A program made the translations under genes and the position numbers. The notes beneath the pieces were generated by a model that was not told the DNA's origin, did not search any database, and saw only the letters and a list, made by a program, of their open reading frames with translations. Source: a virus. From it: 64,000 nucleotides of DNA. Location: positions 1-64,000 of IMG/VR virus record IMGVR_UViG_3300032241_002083; one strand, given 5' to 3'. This document shows, piece by piece, positions 48,917 to 58,700 of the stretch; position 1 is the stretch's first letter, and each line of letters starts with the position of its first letter.

Positions 48917-50039
48917 TAAAAAACTTTTGTCTTGTTTTATAAATAAATTTCTTGATATAATTGATATGCTCAAATTTATCTGGTAAATCAGAATTTTTGA
49001 ATAATTCATCCATTTTAGCCAAATTTTCATCAGATTTATCAATTAGAGTTTGTAAGTCATACTTACCTTTACGAATATCTATCAAATATTCTCTATTAGG
49101 ACGAAATATATTAATAGTTTTGTGTAAAGGTATTTCCATAGCAGTTTCAATAATTCTTATATTATGAAGAATATTTTTACCGTCTATTTTTTGACCATGC
49201 CCCTCTACATCAACATATCTATCAGTATTTCTGTTTTCTAACCAATATTTATATTGTGCCCATTTTTTACATGCCTGTGAATAAGCATCTTTATGAAAGA
49301 AAAGAATTGCTAATGGTTTATCACCAATTTCTATTTCAGAAAGGCAAACATCATTTGCATCTTCACCAGTTGTGATACCTCTATATTGATAAGTAGTAGA
49401 ATGAAAAAGTAAATAAGAATCTCTAAAATGCTCAAGTTTAGAAAGACCGCAGTTTTCGGTTTTAAAACTATTTTTTTCCAACCATTCAGTATATTTAATA
49501 GCATTAGTATCAAACATTTTACCATCCTTAATAGAAGAAAAATCATAAACAGAGCATAATTGTTCAACGGTTTTACGTTCAATTTTTTCTTTTTCCCAAT
49601 TCATCATTTTATCTTTTCCTTTTGCTTGATGTATCTGTCCTGATGCATAATTTGCGAAACTATGTCGAAGATTTTTGGTCAAAAAAATATCCTTAAACTT
49701 TAAGATTTCTCTAAAAGTATCAGTAATATGAACGATACAATTCTCTGGGGAATAAAGCAATTCTAACTGATTAGGATCGCCTTTTGAGCAAGAAGTTAAA
49801 AACTTTTCTAATTCAAAGTATTTTTCATCCTTATTTATGATTATTTCATCACGGTAGCCGTTGATATATTTATCATAAGGGTCTTGTAAAAAGACACCTT
49901 TATAATCGACATCCGAACCAGCCTGGGACTCTGTTTTTTCAATGTTTGTTCCGTATGCTTGCGAGCCGACTATACATTTAAATATTATTACATGATTTTG
50001 GATCTTTAGCAAACATTCTTTTTCTTTCTGGATATTCAT
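48900..50039 (-). CDS. pol-beta-superfamily nucleotidyltransferase (YcgL/RlaP-like)
   Basis: VGSQAYGT...SDVDYKGVF, PNQLELL, DGKNILH..R, IRKG, SDLP. Confidence 0.85.
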   Translation of the reverse strand: MNIQKEKECLLKIQNHVIIFKCIVGSQAYGTNIEKTESQAGSDVDYKGVFLQDPYDKYINGYRDEIIINKDEKYFELEKFLTSCSKGDPNQLELLYSPENCIVHITDTFREILKFKDIFLTKNLRHSFANYASGQIHQAKGKDKMMNWEKEKIERKTVEQLCSVYDFSSIKDGKMFDTNAIKYTEWLEKNSFKTENCGLSKLEHFRDSYLLFHSTTYQYRGITTGEDANDVCLSEIEIGDKPLAILFFHKDAYSQACKKWAQYKYWLENRNTDRYVDVEGHGQKIDGKNILHNIRIIETAMEIPLHKTINIFRPNREYLIDIRKGKYDLQTLIDKSDENLAKMDELFKNSDLPDKFEHINYIKKFIYKTRQKFFNEKFS

Positions 50040-50123
50040 AGCCTATTTCGTTTATTATTTTTCTTGTTTTTCGTTTGTCTATGTTAAATTGTAAAGATAT
50101 TTGTCTAATACTATAACCTTTAT

Positions 50124-50421
50124 CTAAAAGCGAAACAATAAGACTGCATTCAATATCTTTTAAATTATCTGTGTTTATTTCATATGCATATAACTTTTCA
50201 TCACTATAAAATCACTCAAAATCATTTATCGTAAAATCTAACCACTCAAAGCCAATAGAATACCATAATCCGAATGGCTTTGATACTATACCTTTATTTT
50301 TTTGCTCTGTAATTTTTGTTTCAATTTTATTACAATGAGTTACATGTAACTTAGTTTTAGAATCAATTCCTAATGCTTTTAATTGCGATTTAAAAGAGTT
50401 TGTATGTCCGCTGATTTTCAT
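50124..50421 (-). pseudogene. degraded hypothetical gene (KPFGLWYS motif), in-frame TGA at 50212-50214
   Basis: MKISGH...WLDFTINDFE*FYSDEKLYAYEINTDNLKIL; TATCTTTG promoter at 50427. Confidence 0.5.
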
Positions 50422-50533
50422 AATAACAAAGATACAATTTTTTTTAATTTTCTTCAAAAAAGAGAAACATATTTTTTTCAATTATTTCTCTTGCGGGGGA
50501 AGGAAATGTTTTAATATATAAAAATAAAATAAT

Positions 50534-51232
50534 ATGAATAATTATATAGGAATAGATATAAGTATAAATAGCACTGCGGTTTATATAAATAGCAAAAAAG
50601 GAGAAACGATATTATCTTTTACTAACAAAAAGGATAATAATGTTTATATAAAAGGATTAGATAATTGTGGAGTCAAATTCTTTCACAATACTAGAGATGT
50701 ATCAGAAAATTATTCTGAAAATGAGATATTAAAATTAATACATTATGCTAAAATTTCTGATTTATTTTTAGAAGAATTAAAGAAATATATTGATGTTAGT
50801 GAAAAAACATATTGTCAAATCGAAGGTTATTCATTTTCAAAAAACACAAGTTCTATTTTAGATATTGTTTCGTTATCCACTTTGATTAGAAGAAATTTAT
50901 TAACTTTAAAAAATATAGATATTACTATAATTTCCCCAAAATCTCTTAAATTAGAAACTTGTAAAATTTGTTATGAGCCAATAAATATTGGAAAAAAGAA
51001 ACCAAAATATGATTATAGAAATAATCAGGGAATTTCTGGTGGTTCGTTTAAAAAGCCAGAAATGTTCAGAGCAATGATTGAAGGTAATATAAGTTCTCCG
51101 ATAATTTCTTTTTTATTAAATTATAAAGATTTGATGGATAGAGATAAAATTCCAAATCCTATAGAGGATATAATAGATTGTATTTTTGCCGGTAAATTGA
51201 AAATTAAAGAAATAGAAAATGTTATTAGATAA
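50534..51232 (+). CDS. RuvC-like Holliday junction resolvase
   Basis: YIGIDISINSTA, IEGYSF, P.SLK, KKPEM, EDIIDC. Confidence 0.75.
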   Translation: MNNYIGIDISINSTAVYINSKKGETILSFTNKKDNNVYIKGLDNCGVKFFHNTRDVSENYSENEILKLIHYAKISDLFLEELKKYIDVSEKTYCQIEGYSFSKNTSSILDIVSLSTLIRRNLLTLKNIDITIISPKSLKLETCKICYEPINIGKKKPKYDYRNNQGISGGSFKKPEMFRAMIEGNISSPIISFLLNYKDLMDRDKIPNPIEDIIDCIFAGKLKIKEIENVIR

Positions 51233-52406
51233 ATTTGTTGAGATAGAAGTAAAATCCTCAAGAATTATAGGTGAATTAAAAAAAATAGATTTATATGTAA
51301 AAATTGGTGAAATAATACAATTGGATATAAATAAATTATGGAAAAATTCGAACATAATGATTAATGTTAAATGCGATGTTTGTGATTTAAAAAAATCTAT
51401 TTCTTATGCTTCTTATAATAAAAATTATTTTAAGCATAAAATATATTGCTGTTCTAATAAATGTGCTGTTATTAAAAATAATTTAACTAAATTAGAAAAA
51501 TATGGAGATAAAAATTATACAAATCCAAATAAAGCAAAAGAAACAAAAGAAATAAAATATGGAAATAAAAATTATATTAACCATCAAAAAATAAAACAAA
51601 CTAATATTAAAAGATATGGAGATGAAAATTTTAATAATCGTGATAAATATAAAGAAACTTGTTTAGAAAAATATGGAGTTACTAATTCTTTTTTAATAGA
51701 AGAAGTTAAAGAAAAAATAAAAAAAACAAATATTAAAAAATATGGAATTGAAGATGCAAGAAAATCAGAAATTATAAAGGATAAAAGAATTAAAACATTA
51801 ATAGAAAAATATGGAGTTGATAATTATTCTAAAACAGAAGAATTTAAAGATAAAGTTATAAGAACATCCATTGAAAAATACGGAGTTGATAGTTTTAATA
51901 AATCACAAATAATGAAAGATAAAAAAATCGAATCTATGCTTAATAAATTTGGATATATATCAAATTCAATGACATATGAAAGTAAAGAGAAATTAAAAAA
52001 AACTAATTTAGAAAGATATGGAGTTGATTATCCAATGCAGGTTGAAGAATTTTATTTAAAACAGCAAAAAAATTCATTTAAAATTAATTATTTAAATGGT
52101 ATTCCATATCAAAGTTCTTATGAGAAACATTTTTTAGAATTTATGGAGCAAAATGGACTATTTAATGAAATAAAAAGAGGAAAATTTATTAAATATGAAT
52201 ATGAGAATAAAATAAAAATACATTATCCAGATTTTTTTATCGAAAAATTTAATTTAATAATTGAAATTAAATCAAGTTATTATTATAATAAATTTTTTGA
52301 AAAGAATAAAGCAAAAATGGAAAAATGTATATCAGAAGGTTATAATTATTTATTTATTATAAATAAAAATTATGAAGTTTTAAAATACATATTATTTTAT
52401 GGTTGA
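51219..52406 (+). CDS. homing-endonuclease-like protein: T..EKYG repeats plus PD-(D/E)XK nuclease
   Basis: About nine KYG/RYG repeats; SSYE, YPDFFI...IIEIKS. Confidence 0.8.
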   Translation: MLLDKFVEIEVKSSRIIGELKKIDLYVKIGEIIQLDINKLWKNSNIMINVKCDVCDLKKSISYASYNKNYFKHKIYCCSNKCAVIKNNLTKLEKYGDKNYTNPNKAKETKEIKYGNKNYINHQKIKQTNIKRYGDENFNNRDKYKETCLEKYGVTNSFLIEEVKEKIKKTNIKKYGIEDARKSEIIKDKRIKTLIEKYGVDNYSKTEEFKDKVIRTSIEKYGVDSFNKSQIMKDKKIESMLNKFGYISNSMTYESKEKLKKTNLERYGVDYPMQVEEFYLKQQKNSFKINYLNGIPYQSSYEKHFLEFMEQNGLFNEIKRGKFIKYEYENKIKIHYPDFFIEKFNLIIEIKSSYYYNKFFEKNKAKMEKCISEGYNYLFIINKNYEVLKYILFYG

Positions 52407-52446
52407 TGATTGTAGCAACTATTATATATTTTTTAATATAAGGAAT

Positions 52447-52944
52447 ATGAAAAAAAGAAATAATTTAAGAAGATATATTACTAAGGTAATGCAAGAATCA
52501 AAAGAGGCAAAATCTAAAAAGTATGTAGATACTTTTAAGTATTGTAAATATACGCCTGAAATTTCTGAAAAATTCTATAAATTTTTAGATTTAAGTTTAA
52601 AAATGCCTTTTGAAATTCAAAATGAAAAAGATAGTTTTATTTTGACGATTAATTTATCAGAATATGATGACTCAAAACAAAATAATAATAAATCTACAAT
52701 CACATTATATGATGATAATTTTATAACATTTTACATAACCAAAAATAATTTTAAAATAACTAAAAATCATATGGAAATTTGTGGCTATCAAGATCCAAAT
52801 ATATACGAACTTTATAAAATTAAATTTGAAGAAAATTATAAAAAGAAATCTGATGAATCATTCCACAAAACAATTAATGAAATTTTAGATATTATACCTC
52901 AAATCGGTAGAGAGTATAAAATTGACGAAATACTAAAAGATTAA
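52447..52944 (+). CDS. hypothetical protein ending REYKIDEILKD
   Basis: Likely start MKKRNN; C-terminal tag. Confidence 0.6.
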   Translation: MKKRNNLRRYITKVMQESKEAKSKKYVDTFKYCKYTPEISEKFYKFLDLSLKMPFEIQNEKDSFILTINLSEYDDSKQNNNKSTITLYDDNFITFYITKNNFKITKNHMEICGYQDPNIYELYKIKFEENYKKKSDESFHKTINEILDIIPQIGREYKIDEILKD

Positions 52945-52976
52945 AACTTTTCGATTGATTTAAACTATCATGTAAT

Positions 52977-54665
52977 ATGATAATAAGCGAAATTACAATT
53001 AAAAATTTTAAATCCTTCGGCAATAATGAGCAAACTTTAAAACTTAATACTAATAAAGGTGAGTTAATACTTTTAGCCGGTTCAAATGGTAATGGCAAAT
53101 CATCTTTGATAGAATCGTTTGAATATATTTTGTATGGAGCAGTCAAAAGTGGTAAAACTAAAAAATGGGCCACGCTTTCATCGCTTCCTAATAGAATTAA
53201 TGGTGAATTATTAACAAAAATAGTTTTCACTTCTGGTGGAACAGAAGTGAAAATTGAAAGAGGTTATGATCCAGCCGTTCTTAAACTAACTGAAAATGGT
53301 GTTTTAAACGAAAGAGCCGGTAAAACTAATATAAATGATTTAATTGAGAAATATATTGGATTTGACGTTGAAACATTTAAATCTTTTATTTCTATGTCGG
53401 TTAATCATTTTAAAAATTTTATTTCTCTTTCTAATGAGGAAAAACAAATTCTTTTAGATAAGTTATTTAATTTAGAGGTTATTAATCTTTTAAACTCTAT
53501 ATTGAAGGACTTAAATAAATCAAATAAGAATTTAATTTTAAAGCATGAAACTGAAATTTCTACTCTGGAACAATCAATTAATTCAATTCGCCAATCTATA
53601 CTGAAATCTTTAGAAAAAGAGCAAGAAGATATACAAGGTGAAATTGAGTCTATTAAACAATTAATGGAATCTCAAAAATCTAAATATGCTGAATTGAAAG
53701 AAAAGGTTGAAAAAATTAAATTAAAAGATCAAGAATTAAAGCAGCAACTTGATAAAGAAAGAGAGGCACATATGTCAATTCAAAATGAATTAAGAAATAC
53801 ACAAAAAAGTATTGATTTATATAATTCTGGTAAATGTCCTACCTGTCAAACTCCTTTTGATAGTGAGCATTTTGTTAGTTTATTAGAAACTTTGATTGAG
53901 AAGAAAAAATCATCAGAAGGAATTATGAATGAAATAGGTTCTAATATAAATGCTTTAAGAGAAAAACAAAAGAAATTAGGAAATATTTCAGAAGAAACTA
54001 CAAAGTCGTTTAATGATATAACATGGCTTTTAAAAAGTTATAAACAACAGATAGATAAATTACAATTAAAAGCAAATTCAAATGAAAAAACTTCTTCTTC
54101 GGTAGAAGAGTTTCAAAAAACTATTGATGAATTATTAGAAAAACAAACGGGAAGTAGAGAAACTTGCGATTTGTTTAAAGAAAAAGAAATTTATTATAAG
54201 GAATTGTCAAAAATATTTTCTGATGAAGGAGTTAAAAAATCTATAATTTCTGGTATAATTAAACCAATTAATATATTTATTTCGGAAAATATAAAACATA
54301 TGGGACTTCCATTTCAAGTTGAATTAGACGAAACATTTTCGGCAAAAATTAAACAATTCGGTATTGAAGTTGAACATGATTCATTAAGTTTAGGAGAAAC
54401 AAAAAAATTAAATTTATGTTTTTTGATGGCATATCTTAAATTGATAAGAACCAAGAAAAATGTTAATATTCTATTTTTGGATGAAGTATTTTCATCATTG
54501 GATATGGAAAGTATTGAATCAGTATTGTTTTTATTAAAAGATTTTTCAACTAATTATAATGTTAATATATTTGTAGTACACCATTCAATTATGAACCAAG
54601 AATGGTTTGATAGAATAATTGAGATCAGAAAAAATGTGTTTTCCGAAATTATATATATAAAATAG
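52977..54665 (+). CDS. SbcC/Rad50/T4 gp46-like recombination ATPase
   Basis: KNFKSFGN, GSNGNGKSS, coiled coil with CPTC zinc hook, LSLGE signature, LFLDEVF, H-loop. Confidence 0.95.
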   Translation: MIISEITIKNFKSFGNNEQTLKLNTNKGELILLAGSNGNGKSSLIESFEYILYGAVKSGKTKKWATLSSLPNRINGELLTKIVFTSGGTEVKIERGYDPAVLKLTENGVLNERAGKTNINDLIEKYIGFDVETFKSFISMSVNHFKNFISLSNEEKQILLDKLFNLEVINLLNSILKDLNKSNKNLILKHETEISTLEQSINSIRQSILKSLEKEQEDIQGEIESIKQLMESQKSKYAELKEKVEKIKLKDQELKQQLDKEREAHMSIQNELRNTQKSIDLYNSGKCPTCQTPFDSEHFVSLLETLIEKKKSSEGIMNEIGSNINALREKQKKLGNISEETTKSFNDITWLLKSYKQQIDKLQLKANSNEKTSSSVEEFQKTIDELLEKQTGSRETCDLFKEKEIYYKELSKIFSDEGVKKSIISGIIKPINIFISENIKHMGLPFQVELDETFSAKIKQFGIEVEHDSLSLGETKKLNLCFLMAYLKLIRTKKNVNILFLDEVFSSLDMESIESVLFLLKDFSTNYNVNIFVVHHSIMNQEWFDRIIEIRKNVFSEIIYIK

Positions 54666-54811
54666 TATTTTTACAAATGGCTTATAAACATTAGGATTAA
54701 AAATGGATGTCCTAAATATAAAGGATTAAATAAGTGAAAGTTGTTTAAAGAATAATATAAAACTTATAAGAATTCCATATATAGAAAAGAATATAGAAAC
54801 GATATTAAAAT

Positions 54812-55027
54812 ATGTGGTTGGTTAATATTAAAAAGATGCCAGATGAATTTTTATTTTCATTAAAAGGAACTGCTGTGGTAAGATTATTCAAAACTTGTGG
54901 TTGGAGTCCTATAATTAATAGATTTGAAAAATGGTGTTGTGAAAATGATTATTGTTTTGAAAATTATTTTATAACACTCTCTGAATGGAGAAATAAACAA
55001 ATAGATAAGATTTTAGAAGATGAATAA
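54812..55027 (+). CDS. hypothetical protein ending WRNKQIDKILEDE
   Basis: ORF track; C-terminal tag. Confidence 0.6.
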   Translation: MWLVNIKKMPDEFLFSLKGTAVVRLFKTCGWSPIINRFEKWCCENDYCFENYFITLSEWRNKQIDKILEDE

Positions 55028-55748
55028 ATTAAAGAATTATTACGGTATATTAAATATAAACAATGCAGCAACCGCTAAACAAATAAAGTTAGCGTATTAT
55101 GCTATTTCAAAAGAAAATCATCCTGATAAAGGTGGTGATGAAGATATATTTAAAGAAATAACAGAGGCATATAAAATACTTTCAAATAAAGTTTCAAAGG
55201 AAGAATATGATAAAAAATCTAAATTTGGTGCTAACTACGATGAAACATTAGAAATTTATGATTTTAAATTTAGTAATCAGACAGCGGAATATAAGAGAGA
55301 TAATGAAATGTATCATGATTGGAAGGATAAAGAAGAATTAACTATTATTCTTTATATTGATGATACATTTAATGGTTCTATTGAATATGAAAGATGGGTC
55401 CTTTGTAAAAAATGTGGTGGTTGTGGTAAAGATACAGAATCAAAAATTCAAATAAAAGGTCCAGACGGCACTATTAAATATTTCGATGCTTCTGAAGGTT
55501 GTGATTTTTGCGATGGGACTGGTAAATGGGGTGATAAAGATTGTTTCTTTTGTTTTGGTGCAGGTAAAATAAATGGTAAAGATTGTGACGCTTGTCAAGG
55601 TTCTAAAAGAATTAAAGGAAAACAAAAATTAACAGGTATTAAAATGAAACCAAATGATAAAGATCATAAAGTTGAATTTATGGGTCATGTATCAAAAGAT
55701 ATTCCTGGTAAGGTAGGACACCTTTGGTTAGTTAGAAAATCAAATTAA
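55020..55748 (+). CDS. dnaJ: DnaJ-like co-chaperone (J domain plus CxxCxGxG zinc finger)
   Basis: NYYGIL, HPDKGG, four CxxCxG repeats; shortened C-terminus. Confidence 0.9.
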   Translation: MNKLKNYYGILNINNAATAKQIKLAYYAISKENHPDKGGDEDIFKEITEAYKILSNKVSKEEYDKKSKFGANYDETLEIYDFKFSNQTAEYKRDNEMYHDWKDKEELTIILYIDDTFNGSIEYERWVLCKKCGGCGKDTESKIQIKGPDGTIKYFDASEGCDFCDGTGKWGDKDCFFCFGAGKINGKDCDACQGSKRIKGKQKLTGIKMKPNDKDHKVEFMGHVSKDIPGKVGHLWLVRKSN

Positions 55749-58700
55749 AAAGATCTTAAACTTGGTGTAGTTTCAACAGATGATGCTAATGGTAGTGTAT
55801 AGCCAGTGAATATAGCAGGACTATAAAAACTTCCAGTATAACCAATTTCTGTTGGATTAATTGATAAAACTACATTTCCAATATAATTAAAATTTGCATT
55901 AGTATAATCAATATAGGGAGCATAAGCGATATAAGATGGATATATTGTTTGTGATATATCCGATTCTGTTGCGTATTCAAAGAATGGAATCATATCTGTT
56001 TCATAGAATGAAAGATTATTTATGCTAATTTGTGAATTAGTTCCGACTAAGAATAAATTTAATTGTTGTTTATTATAGAACCATTCAGTTTTAATAAGAT
56101 TTGTGGTTAAAGCATGATTAAAATTCGTTGAATCATAAATATTACCAAAAACTAAATTGGAAGCTGTATATGTAGTTAAATTCATAGATATTTGGTAATA
56201 TCTATTTTGAGTCGTGCTAATATCGATATTATCAATTACAATACCATTATATCCTGAGAATGTAATTGATAGTATGTCAGAAGTATCATAAGTAACATTA
56301 GAAGTTATATGAGTTATTCCACCTAAAAGATTACTAAATGTCCATCCATTATTTAACAATGAATTTAAACCAAGATTTGTAATATCACTGCTGGCTGGAC
56401 TATCAAAATTTCCACTATTTGGAATCAAATTTCCATATATTGTTGAAGAATATCCTAGTGAATAATTATTTGTATTAGTTGTGATAGAATCTTTAAAATA
56501 AGAATTACTGCTTAATATATCGAAAGTTGGAGAGCCATATAAATTTTTTCGATTCTGGTAATAACTATATGTTCCAATTGGTGATGTTTCATAAATCGTA
56601 GTTTTTGTATTTATATTAACCTGTGATGTAGTTTGATAATTTACATCAATCCAAGAAAGATATAATGAAGAAGTTCCAGTTCCGATATTCTCATCTTTAA
56701 ATATGAAATTTTGGACTAAACCGGTATCATATGTTACTGATGTTGCATATTTTAAATTAGAGGCTGTTGCAATACTGCTAATAAAATGTCCTCCGTCAAA
56801 AATTCCATCTATTAAATGAGAATCTTTCATTTCTGTAATATATGGGAAACCTTTAAATAACCCATAATTCCATATACCACTAAAATAACCAGATAAAAAT
56901 GCTCCCGACAACCAAACATTTTTACTTAAATAAATTAAATGATTTGGCGAATCTTTCGTAATGTAATTAATTGGAGTAGTTAAAATATATTCTAATACTA
57001 TATTATCATATGGATTAGTTGTATCAACATAAACTACCTTAAATTTATCTCTTAGAATTATTCTTTGATTATTAATATCTAAACCAACAACATTTCCAAC
57101 ACTTACATAATCACCTATATTAAAAATTGGTAAAGCACTGTCATTTAAAAATTGTAATTGTATTCTATGTGTTACAGAATCTACTCTAATATAAGAACCA
57201 CCTAAATATAAATCACAAAGTGTTAAAGTTGAATCATTTCTCCAACCATTATTCCAAACACCATTTTCCCATATTCCACTATAAAATTGTCCATTTCCGA
57301 ACATAACTGGTATATTCCAGGGTGTTTCTGGAATTATATTTGATGGTAAAGAAATTGTTGCTGACAGTGTAATTGAACTACTGGAACCCCATATATTATA
57401 TTGTGTATTGTTTAAATTTTTGTTATAATTTATTTTTGATTCTATAACTTGAGCTGATAAAATAACAACTTCTTCAATATAAGGATTTAGTGGTGCGGTT
57501 CTGTAAATACTAAAAGATTTATTTGTTCCACTAGCCCAATATGCAATATCTTCTGCAGTATAATTTAGTGTTATTGTAAATGAGCCTATTCCACATAAAG
57601 TAGTTGATGACGTATAACCAACATTTACAACAACTCCAACCGGCGAAATATGCGGAATAATAGGTGAAATAGGATGAGTTGTTGATATACCAGGCGCATA
57701 AGGATAATCTATATATCCAGTTATGATTATAGTATAACTAGATGAATAATCTGTAAAAATATCTTTTGTTCCTATGCTATTGAGAGCATAAAGGGTTGAT
57801 GTGCTAGAATATGTATATGTTAATTGATAATTAGGTTGGGATATTGTTTCGCCTATCCAATTATAAGTATAACTACCACCAATAGAGGTTTCGTGCCAGT
57901 AATGTTTATTATAATTTGATTTCCAATTCCAAAGTAATCCAGAATGAGTCCAACCAAATCCAGAAGGACTCATGTTAGGATTTACAATCATTTCAACAGA
58001 GCTTCCCGTGAATATATTTAGTATATGTATAGATGTTTCATTTGTCCAATTAGCAATGTTGTAAATTACATATTTAGCTTCTGGATTAGTTATAATCATA
58101 CTGTCTGTGTCAATAGAATTTACATCATAATTTGTTCCAAACCAATTACCATTTCTCCATAAACCAGACTGCCAGTAAATATTTTCAGCAGTTCCATATA
58201 ACCAAGTTCCATTTAACCAAATACCACCTAACATGTATCCTCCATTAAATATACCATTTTGCCATTGAGAAATATAAAATGTGCTATTATTTAATTTACC
58301 ATTTAACCAAATACAAGAATTGTTGAAGTTAAAATTAAAATTATTTGAATTAGTAGAACCTGATAAACTTTGGTCTATAAATGGATTAAATGCACTATTA
58401 TTAAATTGTCCATCTTCAAATGTTCCATTTAACCAAGCACTATTATTTATAATACCTGATGAATTTGAGAAAGTTCCTCCAAGCCATAGCATGTTTTGAA
58501 AAGTTACATTTTTACTAATAATTTTAGTATCATTATATCTAGGCACAACAGGATAAACTCTTTGACTTGGATCTCCTAAATGTGTTTCAGTTACTACAAA
58601 GCCATCTAACCAAATACCATAATAATTATTATTTGTAAATGAATTTACAAAATTAGATTCATTTTTATAAACTGAAAATGTAGCACTACCATTAAATATA

